A stretch of 64,000 nt of DNA from Candidatus Saccharimonadota bacterium (GCA_026395435.1 JAPLYT010000003.1:68024-132023), one strand, 5' to 3'. Shown: positions 27,167 to 36,562, counted from the stretch's first letter. Translations and numbers: made by a program. Notes: generated from the letters alone by a model not told the origin.

Positions 27167-28459
27167 TTAGCTCTTATGGTTCGATAGGGGCTTTTGTCCG
27201 AGAACCAAACCGGCCGTGATCCACCACGTTGCCGCAATCGCCTCATTAGTCCATAGGTGCATAATAAGACAAAGAACGGCGTAGGCCGCTGCACTGGCAA
27301 GCAAACTACTTGAGAGCAAACTGGAATTTTTTGATAGTCTGAAAAGTATGTATCCCCAAATAATAAGGAATAGAGCCAGGCCAATTATTCCAACTTCATA
27401 CCCTATCTGGACAAAGTAATTTTCAGTCAAAACCCCTCCCTTAGGATTTTGTATCGATACAATACCAGCGGTACCTGGGCCATGCCCCTGTGGCCGCTTT
27501 ACGATGGCCTTTGCGCCGTCAGCAGCCAAGCGAGCATGCAGTTCATTAGAATCTTCGGTAGCCTTGGTTGATTCATCGCTATGAAGGATGATGTTTTGGA
27601 CGACATATTGATCACGATGAACGTAGCCCAACGTTCCAAAAACTACTACCGCTGCAAAGAATCCGATAGTAAGAGGTTTTGCATACTCCAATAACCAACC
27701 GCGGAACCGTAGACCAATAATTGCCGCAATTGCAATAATCGCACCGAGCAGTCCTCCTCTTGAAAATGTGAGAAACAAGGCAAGACTCATAAGCAGCGTT
27801 AAGCCACCGAACAACATTCGTCGTTTTTTATTGTTAAAAAATAATCCAATCGAAATACACAGCGGAAGAATGAGGTAGGCAGCCAGCGAGTTTGGGTCGC
27901 GCAATGTCGACATTATTCGAGGAAGATCAGCTTTATCATCAATGAAGAAATTAGGTTTTACCCCTCGCTCTATACTGTAGCCAAAATGGCCGAGAATATC
28001 TTTTGGAAGAAAATATTGCAAGATTCCAAGCACTGAGACAATACCAGCGACTATAAGTACTAGCTTAATTATCTTGGTATTTGAGATTTCATGAGGAGCA
28101 AGCAGTGCCGCGCCAAAGCCTAACACTGCATACGCAATTACTCGAAGGTTATATAGTGTGCCCAAAAGAGCAGTTTTCGTGTAGATATCAGGATTAATTG
28201 CCCAGACAATTGCATAGCTCATTACATACAGGGAAAAAAGTCCAACAAGAACGTTAAAGACTTTGTTTTGTTTTCGTAGTGCATATACCAATACAACGGT
28301 CACTACACTCAATAAGACTGTGAGTACGTCTTTACCGAGCTTCCACGCATCGAGTCCTCCTGTCAGTAGACTCAGCGACTGTGAAAGAAAAATATGAAAG
28401 GGCATATAGGCCAGTAGAAGATAGGAGCCGCGAGCTGGTAGGCGTTTGATAGTTTCCAT
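27167..28459 (-). CDS. O-antigen ligase/polymerase-like polytopic membrane protein (Wzy_C-type)
   Basis: 430 aa, about 10-12 TM helices. LTFSRGGLLGAIIAIAAI motif with a large external loop, as in the O-antigen ligase family. Confidence 0.7.
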   Translation of the reverse strand: METIKRLPARGSYLLLAYMPFHIFLSQSLSLLTGGLDAWKLGKDVLTVLLSVVTVVLVYALRKQNKVFNVLVGLFSLYVMSYAIVWAINPDIYTKTALLGTLYNLRVIAYAVLGFGAALLAPHEISNTKIIKLVLIVAGIVSVLGILQYFLPKDILGHFGYSIERGVKPNFFIDDKADLPRIMSTLRDPNSLAAYLILPLCISIGLFFNNKKRRMLFGGLTLLMSLALFLTFSRGGLLGAIIAIAAIIGLRFRGWLLEYAKPLTIGFFAAVVVFGTLGYVHRDQYVVQNIILHSDESTKATEDSNELHARLAADGAKAIVKRPQGHGPGTAGIVSIQNPKGGVLTENYFVQIGYEVGIIGLALFLIIWGYILFRLSKNSSLLSSSLLASAAAYAVLCLIMHLWTNEAIAATWWITAGLVLGQKPLSNHKS

Positions 28460-28477
28460 TCTATAATTGTACGCATA

Positions 28478-29623
28478 ATGACTAAAAACGACCTAGAAAA
28501 AAGCCAAGAGATTCATAAAAAGCATATTGTCATTGATGCCCGTATTCGCAGAGCCAGTACCGGACGATATGTGGACAGGCTTGTGGAACACTTGCAAGAT
28601 ATAGATCAGCAGAATCGATATTCAATCTTAATTAATCCGGAGGACACATGGAAGCCTCGTGCAGAGAATTTTGAAGCTGTGCCATGCCCGTATGCTCAGT
28701 TCTCGCTTAATCCTGGTGAGCAATTTGGTTTTGCTCGCCAACTTAAAAATCTAAAGGCCGATCTGGTCCACTTCACATTGAATCAACAACCTCTGTTATA
28801 TCGTGGTAAACGAGTGACATCAACGCTTGACCTCACTATGCTCCGCTTCACGCGTGCCGGCAAAACACCAGTACCAATTTTTTGGATTAAGATGCTTGGC
28901 TACCGATTTTTATTTTGGTATAGCAACAAAAAATCTGAAGCAATTATTACCATCAGCAACTACGTCAAAGATGACCTGGCCCGACATTATTCATTTACAA
29001 AAGGGAAGACCACGAGCACCTATTGTGCCAGTGAACCCCCCTTGCCTGGCAAGCCTAAGTCTCCACAATATATCGACAGTAAAACCCCGTTTCTATTGTA
29101 TGTCGGGACCGCTTTCCCTCACAAAAACCTCACAGCCGTTATCGACGCGCTCCCTGCTCTGCAAATCGATCACCCCAAGCTCAAACTAGTGCTCGTAGGT
29201 AAAAAGGAGCAATACTACGAAAAGATCGACCAATATATCCAAGATCGGAATTATGAAGATAGCGTAATTACAACTGGGTACATTGAAGATTCTGAACTTA
29301 AGTGGCTCTATCAACACTGTGTCGCATATGTCTTCCCGAGTCTCAGTGAAGGATTTGGACTACCAGGACTTGAAGCTATGGTGCATGGCGCTCCAGTTGT
29401 CAGTAGCAATGCCACCTGCTTACCTGAGGTTTATGGCGACGCCGCATTGTATTTCAATCCAAAAGATTCTGACGATATCGTTCAAAAGATATCAAGAATA
29501 CTCACCGATACCGAATTCCGAACACTACTCATAGCCCGAGGTCACAAACAGGCAGCTACATACTCTTGGCGTCGCATGGCCGAGCAAACTCTTGAGGTAT
29601 ATACCAAGGTTTTAAATTCATGA
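28478..29623 (+). CDS. Glycosyltransferase, GT-B fold (family 1/4 type)
   Basis: 381 aa. VFPSLSEGFGLPGLEAMVHGAPVVSSNATCLPEV is the GT4 signature. Confidence 0.8.
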   Translation: MTKNDLEKSQEIHKKHIVIDARIRRASTGRYVDRLVEHLQDIDQQNRYSILINPEDTWKPRAENFEAVPCPYAQFSLNPGEQFGFARQLKNLKADLVHFTLNQQPLLYRGKRVTSTLDLTMLRFTRAGKTPVPIFWIKMLGYRFLFWYSNKKSEAIITISNYVKDDLARHYSFTKGKTTSTYCASEPPLPGKPKSPQYIDSKTPFLLYVGTAFPHKNLTAVIDALPALQIDHPKLKLVLVGKKEQYYEKIDQYIQDRNYEDSVITTGYIEDSELKWLYQHCVAYVFPSLSEGFGLPGLEAMVHGAPVVSSNATCLPEVYGDAALYFNPKDSDDIVQKISRILTDTEFRTLLIARGHKQAATYSWRRMAEQTLEVYTKVLNS

Positions 29624-30723
29624 CCAAGTCCGTTGTTGCTATCGACTTTTCCCCGCTTGATTCGCTCAATAATAAATCTGGGCTCGATATTAACTTTGCA
29701 ATACTCTTCATTCTGGGTATTTTTGGGATCATATTTGGAGGTGCCATATTGTCGAGTGTTGCTATTCAGCTCATTGGCTACTTTGGGATACTTGTGGGAA
29801 TAGGCATCTTTATTTACAAATCAAGCCAGCAAAGTAAAGCCTATAACGCAGCGCTAGCTCAATTTGCGACTGTCAATTCATGGCAATTTCAAACTTTTGG
29901 TCGTGATATCGATAAAATTGGAACTATATTTAGCCTCGGTCATGGTAGGCAAATGAATAGCATTTACTCGGGGGTGAATCATGACTTACCGTTTCAATTC
30001 TATACCTATAACTACACTATTGGCTACGGAAAGGGTCAGCAGATATTTGACCTGCAGGTTTTCGAACTTACACTGCCCCGTGCGTTGCCCCATATGATCA
30101 TCGACTCTCTCGTTGAGGACGGCAACCACCAAGCATCAACGCTGCCAATAGATTATGACGAGTCTCAAAAAATTGAACTAGAAGGTGATTTCTCAAAGTA
30201 TTTTGCACTCTACGCACCTGATAATTACGGCATAACTGCCCTAACCGTTCTAGCGCCAGATGTCATGGAAACACTCATGCAATTTGCTGCATCGTGCGAT
30301 ATAGAAATAATTCAAAATAAAATGTACTTCTATTGGCCCCTGGTGCCAGGCAACAAAAAAGCCTTCCAGGATATGTTTGCATCTGTAGATCAGGTCCTCA
30401 ATCAGACACTGCGTAAACTAACGTCGAGCGATATATATGCTACTCCTAATCAAGCCACTATCCAAAGCACTGCATCCAATCAAAGTAATATGCTCGTAAA
30501 AAGCTGGTGGAATTCTACAACTAAGACAGCTGCATTTGTCATTTTCCTTACGCTTGCTTATGGCAGTGGAGCACTACTTGGCGGAGACGCGGGAGTAGTC
30601 GTGAACTTCATTACCTTTGTAGCGCTAATTATTGGAGGTATCGCATATACGCTTTCTTATGTCGTTCGTGGTGCATCACGAGCTCGAAAACGAAACAACC
30701 TTAAAGACCGTAGGTATTCCTAA
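29620..30723 (+). CDS. Hypothetical membrane protein
   Basis: 367 aa. Two N-terminal and two C-terminal TM helices flank a soluble middle. ATGA overlap with the upstream GT. Confidence 0.6.
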   Translation: MTKSVVAIDFSPLDSLNNKSGLDINFAILFILGIFGIIFGGAILSSVAIQLIGYFGILVGIGIFIYKSSQQSKAYNAALAQFATVNSWQFQTFGRDIDKIGTIFSLGHGRQMNSIYSGVNHDLPFQFYTYNYTIGYGKGQQIFDLQVFELTLPRALPHMIIDSLVEDGNHQASTLPIDYDESQKIELEGDFSKYFALYAPDNYGITALTVLAPDVMETLMQFAASCDIEIIQNKMYFYWPLVPGNKKAFQDMFASVDQVLNQTLRKLTSSDIYATPNQATIQSTASNQSNMLVKSWWNSTTKTAAFVIFLTLAYGSGALLGGDAGVVVNFITFVALIIGGIAYTLSYVVRGASRARKRNNLKDRRYS

Positions 30724-31187
30724 GATTCGACTTCAACGGGTGCTTTGAGGACAATATGGCGGTCTCGGCCAAAACCTTCGGATTCAGTCGTGATGCCATG
30801 CTCACCGGCTAGCTTGTGCACGGTCCGTCGATCGGCAGGATTCATAGGCTCCAGGGGCATGTCTTTCTTGGATTCCTTGACGGCGTTAATCCACTCTACA
30901 GCGGCCTCACCGAGTCGTTCTGCTCGAGCTTTTTTGTAATCTGCGACATCGACGTTAACACGAGTTATTTCATACCCGTTATTGCGCAGGGCAGTGCTGA
31001 CCATAAACTGCAATGAACGGACGGTTTCACCGTTCTGCCCGATCAAGAATCCATTGAGATGCGTGGACGGGATATGAAGTTCAATAACCTCATCGTCGCT
31101 ATTAGTCGCATAAACATCGGTATTCAGTCCAAAAAATGATAATAAATCTTCAAGGTATTTCTTTGCGTAAACAATTGAATCTTCCAT
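30720..31187 (-). CDS. jag: Jag/KhpB-type RNA-binding protein (KH + R3H domains)
   Basis: 155 aa. GQNGETVRSLQFMV (KH GxxG) and RRTVHKLAGEHGITTESEG (R3H). Canonical position downstream of yidC. Confidence 0.8.
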   Translation of the reverse strand: MEDSIVYAKKYLEDLLSFFGLNTDVYATNSDDEVIELHIPSTHLNGFLIGQNGETVRSLQFMVSTALRNNGYEITRVNVDVADYKKARAERLGEAAVEWINAVKESKKDMPLEPMNPADRRTVHKLAGEHGITTESEGFGRDRHIVLKAPVEVES

Positions 31188-31190
31188 GAC

Positions 31191-32123
31191 CTATCTCCTT
31201 TTTTTAGATTTTTTACTTCCTTTTTTAGGTAACTTAGTTGTAGTTTTTATTTTAGGAGGAATTACTTCTGCTTCGATAGGTGTACTACTGCCTGCAACAC
31301 TGGCGGTTGTCATCTCAGTCTGATCTTGGCCGAGTACTCGTGACTGTTGCATAAACGCCACAATACCGCTCACAAGCCAGTACAAGGATAATGCTGAAGC
31401 GATGTTGACCGTTACGATAAAGATGAATACAGGGAGCATGTAACGGGTACTGCGGCCAACGGCAGCGTTTATCTCACCTTGGTCGGCCTTTGTGCCATCA
31501 CCGGCTTCTTTCAGGATCGATCGCAAGGTTCGTTTTTCTTTGTCATCAGGCATGAGCTGTTTTGCCTGGTAATACTGCATCACGGCACTTGCTATTACGA
31601 TGAGCATTGCTGGCCAGTAAATGCCACCGCCTGTTTTGCCAATAGCAGCCCTGGTGAGATCCACAATTCCAAAGAGCGTACTGTCGAACTTGGTGATATC
31701 AGCAGCAATCGTTTGAATCCATGGCAAGTTAGCGATACTAGGATATGCGTAGGTGACGATCGCTTTAGGGTCGAGGACAATACGGTGAAGGCCACTATAT
31801 AGCCCTATGAATATCGGCAGTTGCACAAGAAGCAGTCCAATAGAAGAGAATGGATTGATCTCTTTCTCTTTATACAGCTCCATCATCAAAGCTGATTCTT
31901 TCTGGCGATCTCCTTTTGCTGCAAGCTTTATGCGCTTCAATTCAGGTTGAAGTTCGCGCATAGCCTTGGCCTGATGGAGTTGTTTCTTGACCAGTGGCCA
32001 CATGAGCAACCGGACAAGAACCGTAAATAGAATAATTGCCAGACCGAAGTTATGACCCGGCAGAACTGCATATATCAACACCAGAAGGTTGAAAATTGGA
32101 TTGACGATTAATGTGGTAAACAT
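31191..32123 (-). CDS. yidC: Membrane protein insertase YidC (short, monoderm type)
   Basis: Start set at MFTTLIVNPIFN (ATG 32123), preceded by AGGAGAG. LVRLLMWPLVKKQLHQAKAMRELQPELKRI is a hallmark, with a Lys-rich tail. Confidence 0.88.
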   Translation of the reverse strand: MFTTLIVNPIFNLLVLIYAVLPGHNFGLAIILFTVLVRLLMWPLVKKQLHQAKAMRELQPELKRIKLAAKGDRQKESALMMELYKEKEINPFSSIGLLLVQLPIFIGLYSGLHRIVLDPKAIVTYAYPSIANLPWIQTIAADITKFDSTLFGIVDLTRAAIGKTGGGIYWPAMLIVIASAVMQYYQAKQLMPDDKEKRTLRSILKEAGDGTKADQGEINAAVGRSTRYMLPVFIFIVTVNIASALSLYWLVSGIVAFMQQSRVLGQDQTEMTTASVAGSSTPIEAEVIPPKIKTTTKLPKKGSKKSKKRR

Positions 32124-32233
32124 ACACTCTCCTAATAAAATACGGCTGATCATTTGGTGATTTCAGAGCGGAATGGGACATTGGTCGTTGTTCCCGCAGC
32201 TCAAATCGACTCACCCTATCATATCACGAGGGG

Positions 32234-32578
32234 TCAGATTACTCGAGACTGCATCAATAATCGCAACACCGTTGCTTCAAGATTGGCATGGTCGGTCGTC
32301 AAAATATCATCGCTAAAAACGGTAATGACAATATCGGCGGGGATTTTAATCGTGTCCTGATTTTTGCGAACAATCTCGTACAGTCGTCGCCTCATCCGAT
32401 TTCGCTTAACGGCAGACTTGCTTATTTTCTTACTAACCACAACCGCACAGCGATATTCAATGCGTCCTGCATTTTCGGCAATTCGAATAGACAAAAGCTG
32501 CCCTCGATAGGTTTTTCCGTGGGCATACACAAACCGCAAACTATTGTGGCCATGAAATCGATGCTTATATGCAATCAT
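32234..32578 (-). CDS. rnpA: Ribonuclease P protein component
   Basis: 114 aa. Basic, with VSKKISKSAVKRNRMRRRL (the RNR motif). Confidence 0.85.
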   Translation of the reverse strand: MIAYKHRFHGHNSLRFVYAHGKTYRGQLLSIRIAENAGRIEYRCAVVVSKKISKSAVKRNRMRRRLYEIVRKNQDTIKIPADIVITVFSDDILTTDHANLEATVLRLLMQSRVI

Positions 32579-32671
32579 ACGACTATTCTACAGTTGTTAG
32601 GTCGCCTCGTACAGGGGCAAGCCGCCTGGACATACTTGACACGAGAGTGAACTTAAGTTAAACTTAAGCAT

Positions 32672-32935
32672 ATGAAGACAGTTACCGCAAAAGAACTCCG
32701 CAACAACTTAGACTCTATTTTGGAGCGCGTTAATGCCGGCGAGGAAATCATCGTTAAACATCGATTTCGTGATCCTGTGCGTCTCGTACCCAATAATGCA
32801 AGCAAGGACACAGGGAAAAAAATGATTGGCCTTGCCGCACTCGACAATGCACCAAGAAAAGAACACTATCTCGACCCTAATAAATCTTACAAAGAGCTCT
32901 ATCACGAAGCGTTGGACAAAAAGTATGGCCTCTAG
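32672..32935 (+). CDS. Phd/YefM-type antitoxin
   Basis: 87 aa. MKTVTAKELRNNLDSILERVNAGEEIIV is a typical Phd/YefM N-terminus. 11-nt overlap with the downstream PIN gene. Confidence 0.7.
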   Translation: MKTVTAKELRNNLDSILERVNAGEEIIVKHRFRDPVRLVPNNASKDTGKKMIGLAALDNAPRKEHYLDPNKSYKELYHEALDKKYGL

Positions 32936-33311
32936 GATTTTTCTCGATGCGAATATTATTTTAGAAGTTATCGGCAAGCGAAAATATAAAGAATTATCTA
33001 AAAAAATTATCACCGATAACGAAGGTTCAGTCTTCATATCGGCGCTTTCAGCTCATTTGATAGTTTATTTCGGCAGCAAGTTCTATGATCTAGACAGAAT
33101 TAACGATTTATTACTAGGATTCGAGATACTTCCTCTGACATCCGACGACATAAGCTGGGCTTTTGCCAATCGTCGAGACAGCGATTTCGAAGATGCGATG
33201 CAAATTTCAGTGGCCATACGAAATGGTTGCGACCAATTAATTACATTAGATAAAAGCCTGGCACGAAAGTACGCAGGCTTATCTTCGATCAAAGTTGTCC
33301 AACTGGCTTAG
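32925..33311 (+). CDS. vapC: PIN-domain toxin (VapC-like)
   Basis: Start set at [15 protein letters not shown] (ATG 32925). Acidic PIN residues occur in FLDAN, DFEDAMQ and ITLDK. Confidence 0.72.
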   Translation: MASRIFLDANIILEVIGKRKYKELSKKIITDNEGSVFISALSAHLIVYFGSKFYDLDRINDLLLGFEILPLTSDDISWAFANRRDSDFEDAMQISVAIRNGCDQLITLDKSLARKYAGLSSIKVVQLA

Positions 33312-33445
33312 TGGGTTAAACGAGCGCGGCCTTTGTTGCGGCGTGCGCGAAGAATGTTCTTACCGGCTTTGGTGGCCATGCGCTTCAAAAAGCCGTGCTC
33401 TTTTGCGCGGTGGCGTTTTTTGGGTTGAAATGTTCGTTTTGGCAT
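33308..33445 (-). CDS. rpmH: 50S ribosomal protein L34
   Basis: Below the ORF-track length cutoff. Own translation: [45 protein letters not shown] (45 aa), near-consensus L34. Confidence 0.92.
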   Translation of the reverse strand: MPKRTFQPKKRHRAKEHGFLKRMATKAGKNILRARRNKGRARLTH

Positions 33446-33581
33446 TATCTTACTATATCCTTATTCTTAGATCTTTACCATTAATTTGGACGTGCAAATC
33501 ACAAGCGATATTTGAGCGATACAAATATTACTACGACTTAGAAGTCAAATTAACAATATTTAACCCACTAATTCTATCAAG

Positions 33582-33707
33582 TTTTCCACCATTGACCAAG
33601 TGTTTTCCACAGATTACTAGAGAGAGGCTTCCTATGTGCACAAAAAGACTCCTGTTTGCAAGCTTTTTATAGGTCTACCCTGGTGCCCATTATTTGCTTG
33701 TGGAAAA
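33582..33707. promoter_or_regulatory. DnaA-box cluster upstream of dnaA (candidate oriC part 1 / dnaA autoregulation)
   Basis: TTTTCCACC 33582-33590, TTTTCCACA 33603-33611 and its reverse complement TGTGGAAAA 33699-33707, plus the weaker TGTGCACAA 33635-33643. Consensus is TTATCCACA. Confidence 0.5.
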
Positions 33708-33765
33708 CTCTGCACATTTTGTATAGACTTATATATAGATTTGAAAGTTGGAAAAGCGAGGGTAC

Positions 33766-35148
33766 ATGAAAGACAGTCTATGGCAGGCAGTATTAGGAGA
33801 AGTTGAACTCTCTGTTTCGCGTGCCAGCTATGTCACCTGGTTCAAAAACACCGTACTTCTCAAAAACAAAGATAATGTACTGGTAGTTGGAGTGCCGACG
33901 ATATTCGTCAAGAACCAGCTAGAGCGTAAGTTTAATCAACTGATTCTTGATGTTCTCAAAAAGAACGGTGTTGAGCCAGACAAAGTTGAATATAAGATTC
34001 ATGTCAGTAGTAGTGGGACACTCCACAAACGATCTAAAGAAGAAACGGTCATGGTCTTGCCTGGTTCAAACGCACCTGCGCCATCGACGGTAAAGCCATC
34101 AGGCAACAGTAATAGCGTGCGACATTCGTATCGCCAAGGACTCAATGAACGATACACCTTTGATAACTTTATCGTCGGTTCAGGAAACGAACTAGCATAT
34201 GCCGCTTGTCAAGCTATAGCCAGCGCTCCGGGTGAGCGATACAATCCACTCTTTTTATATGGTGGTGTTGGTATTGGCAAGACACACCTCATTCAGGCAG
34301 TCGGCAATGCAATCCTAGCTACTAATCCTAAGGCACATGTGGTCTATATATCTTCAGAACAGTTCGTCCAAGAATTCTTAGATGCTATCAGATACAAGAA
34401 GAATACTGATTTTGCCGGGTATTATCGAAGCGCCGACGTACTCATCGTGGACGATATGCAATTTATCGCCGGCAAAGAAAAGACTCAAGAAGAATTCTTC
34501 CATACCTTTAATGCACTTCACCAAGCCAATAAGCAGATCATTATTAGTAGCGATAAGCCGCCAAAGGATATTCCAACGCTTGAGGAACGACTCCGATCAC
34601 GATTCAACTGGGGGATGAGTATTGATATGCAGATCCCAGATTTTGAAACACGGTGTGCCATCGTCCAAACAAAAGCTACGGTTCACGGCATCTCACTCGA
34701 TCCAGGCGTTGTTGAATACCTCGCCTCACACGTCCAGACCAATATTCGTGAACTTGAAGGGGCGCTCAATCAGCTTCTGGCTTTTTGTGAGATGAGAGGC
34801 TTGCAACCTGAAATTCAAATCGCCACCAGTTTACTTGGCGCATCAAAGTCACGACCAAAACATATCAGTCCGAAACAAATCGTCGAACGAACGGCTAAGC
34901 ACTTCCAAGTTTCAATTGACGACATCCTCGGACCAAAGCGAGACAAAGATATCGTCGTGCCTCGGCAAGTTGCAATGTACATTCTGCGGAGTGAACTTCA
35001 TTTGAGTTTTCCTAAGATTGCACGGGAACTTGGACGCAAAGATCACACTACGGCAATTCATTCGGTCGAAAAGATCGAAAAAGAGTCGTCACTCGATGCC
35101 GATATGCGTAGTGCTATTTCTGCCATAAAGGAGCGTTTGTATGCCTAA
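33766..35148 (+). CDS. dnaA: Chromosomal replication initiator DnaA
   Basis: Start at MKDSLWQAVL (ATG 33766, GAGGG upstream). Walker A GGVGIGKTHL, LIVDDMQF, and the C-terminal DNA-binding motif HTTAIHSVEKI. Confidence 0.95.
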   Translation: MKDSLWQAVLGEVELSVSRASYVTWFKNTVLLKNKDNVLVVGVPTIFVKNQLERKFNQLILDVLKKNGVEPDKVEYKIHVSSSGTLHKRSKEETVMVLPGSNAPAPSTVKPSGNSNSVRHSYRQGLNERYTFDNFIVGSGNELAYAACQAIASAPGERYNPLFLYGGVGIGKTHLIQAVGNAILATNPKAHVVYISSEQFVQEFLDAIRYKKNTDFAGYYRSADVLIVDDMQFIAGKEKTQEEFFHTFNALHQANKQIIISSDKPPKDIPTLEERLRSRFNWGMSIDMQIPDFETRCAIVQTKATVHGISLDPGVVEYLASHVQTNIRELEGALNQLLAFCEMRGLQPEIQIATSLLGASKSRPKHISPKQIVERTAKHFQVSIDDILGPKRDKDIVVPRQVAMYILRSELHLSFPKIARELGRKDHTTAIHSVEKIEKESSLDADMRSAISAIKERLYA

Positions 35149-35201
35149 TCTCACATCATTGCCATTCATAAAAATAGCTGTTTTAGGTACATGGGGACGA
35201 G

Positions 35202-35450
35202 CTGTGCACAACCTGAGTATGGTTAGTAGCATAACGCAGAATGTTGTCCCCTTCCCCGATTTTCGAACACATTTTGTACGCAGCCTGTGGGTAACACGTG
35301 CTGCTTATACACCGTTTGTACGTGGGTATTTCCCACAGAATATTTCACTATTTCAATCTGTTAAAGATGAGTTATGCTCATTGTCCACAGACCTTACTAT
35401 AATGTCTACTTTTTCTAACCAACCTTATTTAATATATAGAAAGGCAATTA
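35202..35450. promoter_or_regulatory. DnaA-box cluster plus AT-rich stretch between dnaA and dnaN (candidate oriC part 2 with unwinding element)
   Basis: TGTGGGTAA 35286-35294 (reverse complement TTACCCACA), TTGTCCACA 35381-35389, and weaker TTTCCCACA 35329-35337, TTATACACC 35304-35312, CTGTGCACA 35202-35210. A very AT-rich stretch follows at 35395-35450. Confidence 0.5.
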
Positions 35451-35451
35451 A

Positions 35452-36543
35452 ATGAAGCTTCAAGTAACCCAGGAAAATCTATCAAAAGCACTCGGAAACG
35501 TCGCACGAGTAGCAAACACGAGAGGCACACTCCCAATACTTGCCAATGTGGTACTTAGGACGGTTGGAACACGTCTAACTATCGCGGCAACGAATCTCGA
35601 TATTGCCATCACTCACTACATTGGATCAAAAGTAGCAGAAGAAGGAAGCATTACGGTCCCTGCCCGCTTGATGCAGGATTTCGTCAGCAGTCTTCCGAGT
35701 GGCGTGATCGAACTAAAACTCGACGATTACAAACTACATATCACCACCGATCAATACAATTCAGTTATTAATGGTATCTCAGCTGATGAGTTCCCTGTCA
35801 TGCCAGCAATCACCGACGGGACTTCATGGACACTTCCAGCAAAGGCCTTCAAAAAAGGATTACAGCAAGTACTTGTTGCGGCTAGTAGTGACGAAGCTCG
35901 ACCAGTACTTACCGGGCTGTATATCCACACCGAAGGTGGGAAACTCTATATAGCTGCTACCGATAGCTACCGGTTAGCCGAAAAAGAAATTATGGCCACC
36001 AAGGAGGAGATCAATCTTCTCGTCCCTGCAAATGCCATGCAAGAACTACTTAGACTACTGGGCGATCAGGATACTGACATCGAAGTGACCCACGACGATC
36101 AACAAGTGCTCTTTAAGGTTGGCGAAGTAGAACTCGTTACACGACTCATTGAAGGAAAATACCCTGACTACCGCAAGCTCGTACCAAGTGAATTTGCTAC
36201 CACTGCCACGCTTAAGCGCGCTGACTTTGTGAACATCACTAAGGTATCAAGCCTCTTTGCTCGTGAGAGTGCCGGCAGCGTAACGATTCATCTCGATCCT
36301 GAGACTAAGCAAGTGAGTATTCGCTCAATTGCATCACAACTTGGGGAAAACACCGCCAGTGCCGATGCGGTCATTACCAACGAGGGTGATATTACGCTCA
36401 ATTCTCGCTATCTCCTTGATGCACTTGGAACGCTCGGCGGAGCAGATGTGGATATCTGTTTTAACGGTAAGCTCGAGCCGTGTGTGCTTCGCGAAACAAA
36501 AGCAAGTGATTACACCCACGTCATTATGCCTCTCAAGAGTTAA
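35452..36543 (+). CDS. dnaN: DNA polymerase III beta sliding clamp
   Basis: 363 aa. MKLQVTQENLSKAL...LPILANVVL..., three-domain length, MPLK C-terminus. Confidence 0.95.
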   Translation: MKLQVTQENLSKALGNVARVANTRGTLPILANVVLRTVGTRLTIAATNLDIAITHYIGSKVAEEGSITVPARLMQDFVSSLPSGVIELKLDDYKLHITTDQYNSVINGISADEFPVMPAITDGTSWTLPAKAFKKGLQQVLVAASSDEARPVLTGLYIHTEGGKLYIAATDSYRLAEKEIMATKEEINLLVPANAMQELLRLLGDQDTDIEVTHDDQQVLFKVGEVELVTRLIEGKYPDYRKLVPSEFATTATLKRADFVNITKVSSLFARESAGSVTIHLDPETKQVSIRSIASQLGENTASADAVITNEGDITLNSRYLLDALGTLGGADVDICFNGKLEPCVLRETKASDYTHVIMPLKS

Positions 36544-36562
36544 AAGGCGCTAAACTATACCT

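Noticed and set aside
27118-27384. 88-codon minus-strand ORF.
   Set aside because: It overlaps the 3' end of the 430-aa O-antigen-ligase-like gene in another frame, and the protein has no features.
33295-33672. 125-codon plus-strand ORF.
   Set aside because: Its first third is the antisense shadow of the near-consensus rpmH gene. The rest covers the DnaA-box region upstream of dnaA.
35141-35455. 104-codon plus-strand ORF filling the dnaA-dnaN spacer.
   Set aside because: It overlaps the dnaA stop region and has no ribosome-binding site. Its composition is odd, and it is covered by DnaA-box-like 9-mers and an AT-rich stretch. It is better explained as oriC.
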